From assembly GCA_030390025.1 (NCBI GenBank), contig CM059432.1, forward strand, positions 137,084,001-137,148,000: a stretch of DNA of 64,000 nt. The letters are read 5' to 3'. The stretch comes from Squalus acanthias. Taxonomy: Eukaryota. The position numbers and the translations under genes are program-made. The notes under the pieces were generated by a model that worked only from the letters and a program-made list of their open reading frames with translations, ran no database searches and had not been told where the DNA came from. Below are positions 62,548 to 64,000 of the stretch, piece after piece. Positions within the stretch are counted from its first letter, which is position 1. Each line of letters opens with the position of its first letter.

Positions 62548-63178
62548 TAAAACAGATTATCTGGTCATTATCACATTGCTGTTTGTGGGAGCTTGCTGTG
62601 CACAAATTGACTGCCGTGTTTTCGACATTGAAACAGTGACTACACTTGAAAAAATACTTCAGTGGCTGTAAAGCGCTTTGGGAAATCCTGAGGTCATGAA
62701 ATGTGCTATAAAAATGCAAGTCTTTCTTTATCACAGCTGTGATTTGCTCTCTGTTGAAAACACTTGATTAAAAAAATAAAAACAAAAATGCCTTTCAGAA
62801 AGGCCTGAAGGATTTGAGATGGCTTTGAGTCAGAGTTATCTGATTACATTTATGAAAAGATCCCTTTAGACGTAGGGGGAAAAATTGGGTGGCGGCCCTT
62901 TTGATGTGCGCAAATTGGCTGCCACGTTACTCACATTACAACAGTGACTACACTTCAAAAAGTACTTCATTGGCTGTAAAGCGCCTTGGGACATCCTGAG
63001 GTCGTGAAAGGCGCTATATAAATGCAAGTCTTTCTTTTTATTTTTCAATAGCCACAGAGGACAGACATACAGGTGACCTGCTCTCAGAACCCTGCCAACA
63101 CTGCTTGATAAGGAGTTACTGGGAGCTGTATGAGGGGAGCCTGGGGTAATCCACCCTTCAATGTTCCATCTCCCACTT

Positions 63179-63928
63179 GGGGCTGGATTTTCAATGACCC
63201 GTGGAGTCGGGTTTGGAGGCGTGTGGGGGTTTAAAGTTGCAGATTCAGGGGTCCCGACCCCATCCCGACTCCATTCCGCCTCCACGCAATTTTGACAAAA
63301 TCAGTCGCGGGGTTCCCGACTCCGTCCCGCCTCCAAGAGGCGGGAGAGGCCATTAAAGCCCTTAACAAGCCCTAAATTGGCTCTGTAATGCCATTTTTAA
63401 ACGTTTTAGCTAGTTTAACCCTTTTCCGACGTGAAGTATGCCTGATGTGAAACACGCCAGTGAAACCTGGCGGGAGCACAAGTGGATAGCTGACTATCAG
63501 CTGCAGGTCCACTATTACAACGGAGATGTGATGAAGGTGGTAGTAGTATTGTGATGAAGGTAGTAGTAGTATTAGGTCTGAAAGTCGCCTCTGATGCTGC
63601 TGCATTGAATGTCTTCAGAGACTGCCTGGGAGGCCTTGGTTGCAACTCTCTCTCTCTCTCTCTGATGCTGCTCATTTTGCATCCAGGTCCTCTCACAGCA
63701 AAGGCCAGGCAATCTCTGCAATGATGGTCCCTGCAATGATGACATCATCAGAGGCGACTTTCAGACTGAAACCACTAATTGGTTCATGGGTTCCCACATG
63801 CTGGAACTCAATTGCCCAATTAAGTGAAAATTGCATCATTCATCCACATTAATCTGGAGTCGGGGGGGGGGCAATACAAAATGCGGGTAACACGACCCCA
63901 ACCCGACCCCAAGACAAAATCCAGCCCC
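63179..63928. mobile_element. Harbinger-type MITE
   Basis: Perfect 13-bp TIR ggggctggatttt / aaaatccagcccc; TSD not clean. Confidence 0.78.
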
Positions 63929-64000
63929 TCTCTCTACTCCCCCCCCCATACATGACTGAAAAAAAGAAGGAACTTGCATTTATATATCGCCTTTCATGAC

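Larger units (their letters stand above)
60605..63040 (+). mobile_element. Composite DeuSINE containing a solo LTR, a Penelope-like insert and a duplicated segment
   Basis: Head 60605-60760; body 62242-62729; own 3' part resumes at ~62904. Confidence 0.8.

Noticed and set aside
1..64000. CRISPR arrays, operons, prokaryotic defence systems, rRNA
   Set aside because: No repeat-spacer array or dense gene content; this is vertebrate repeat-rich DNA

Overview
This is eukaryotic, repeat-dominated intronic or intergenic DNA, most likely from a cartilaginous fish (shark), judged from its repeats. These are a tRNA-headed DeuSINE (SacSINE1-like) with an L2-derived tail, CR1/HER1-like LINEs, L2 LINEs, Tx1-clade LINEs, Penelope-like mini-elements and PIF/Harbinger elements. 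I found no convincing host protein-coding exon; every ORF I could assign to a family is a transposon remnant. Five items stand out. (1) A full-length ~5.8 kb Tx1-clade LINE sits in the tRNA-derived promoter head of a SINE with a 15-bp TSD, a candidate SINE/tRNA-targeting retrotransposon. (2) Two families of short TSD-flanked, often palindromic Penelope-like elements carry minimal hammerhead ribozymes. (3) A Harbinger system is present: a two-gene fossil plus many GC-rich MITEs with 3-bp TSDs, two of them at the same nucleotide of separate L2 copies. (4) There are two local duplications anchored in SINE 3' ends. (5) There is a 1.48 kb solo LTR. Family names come from motif recognition by eye, not database searches, and boundaries without a stated TSD are approximate.
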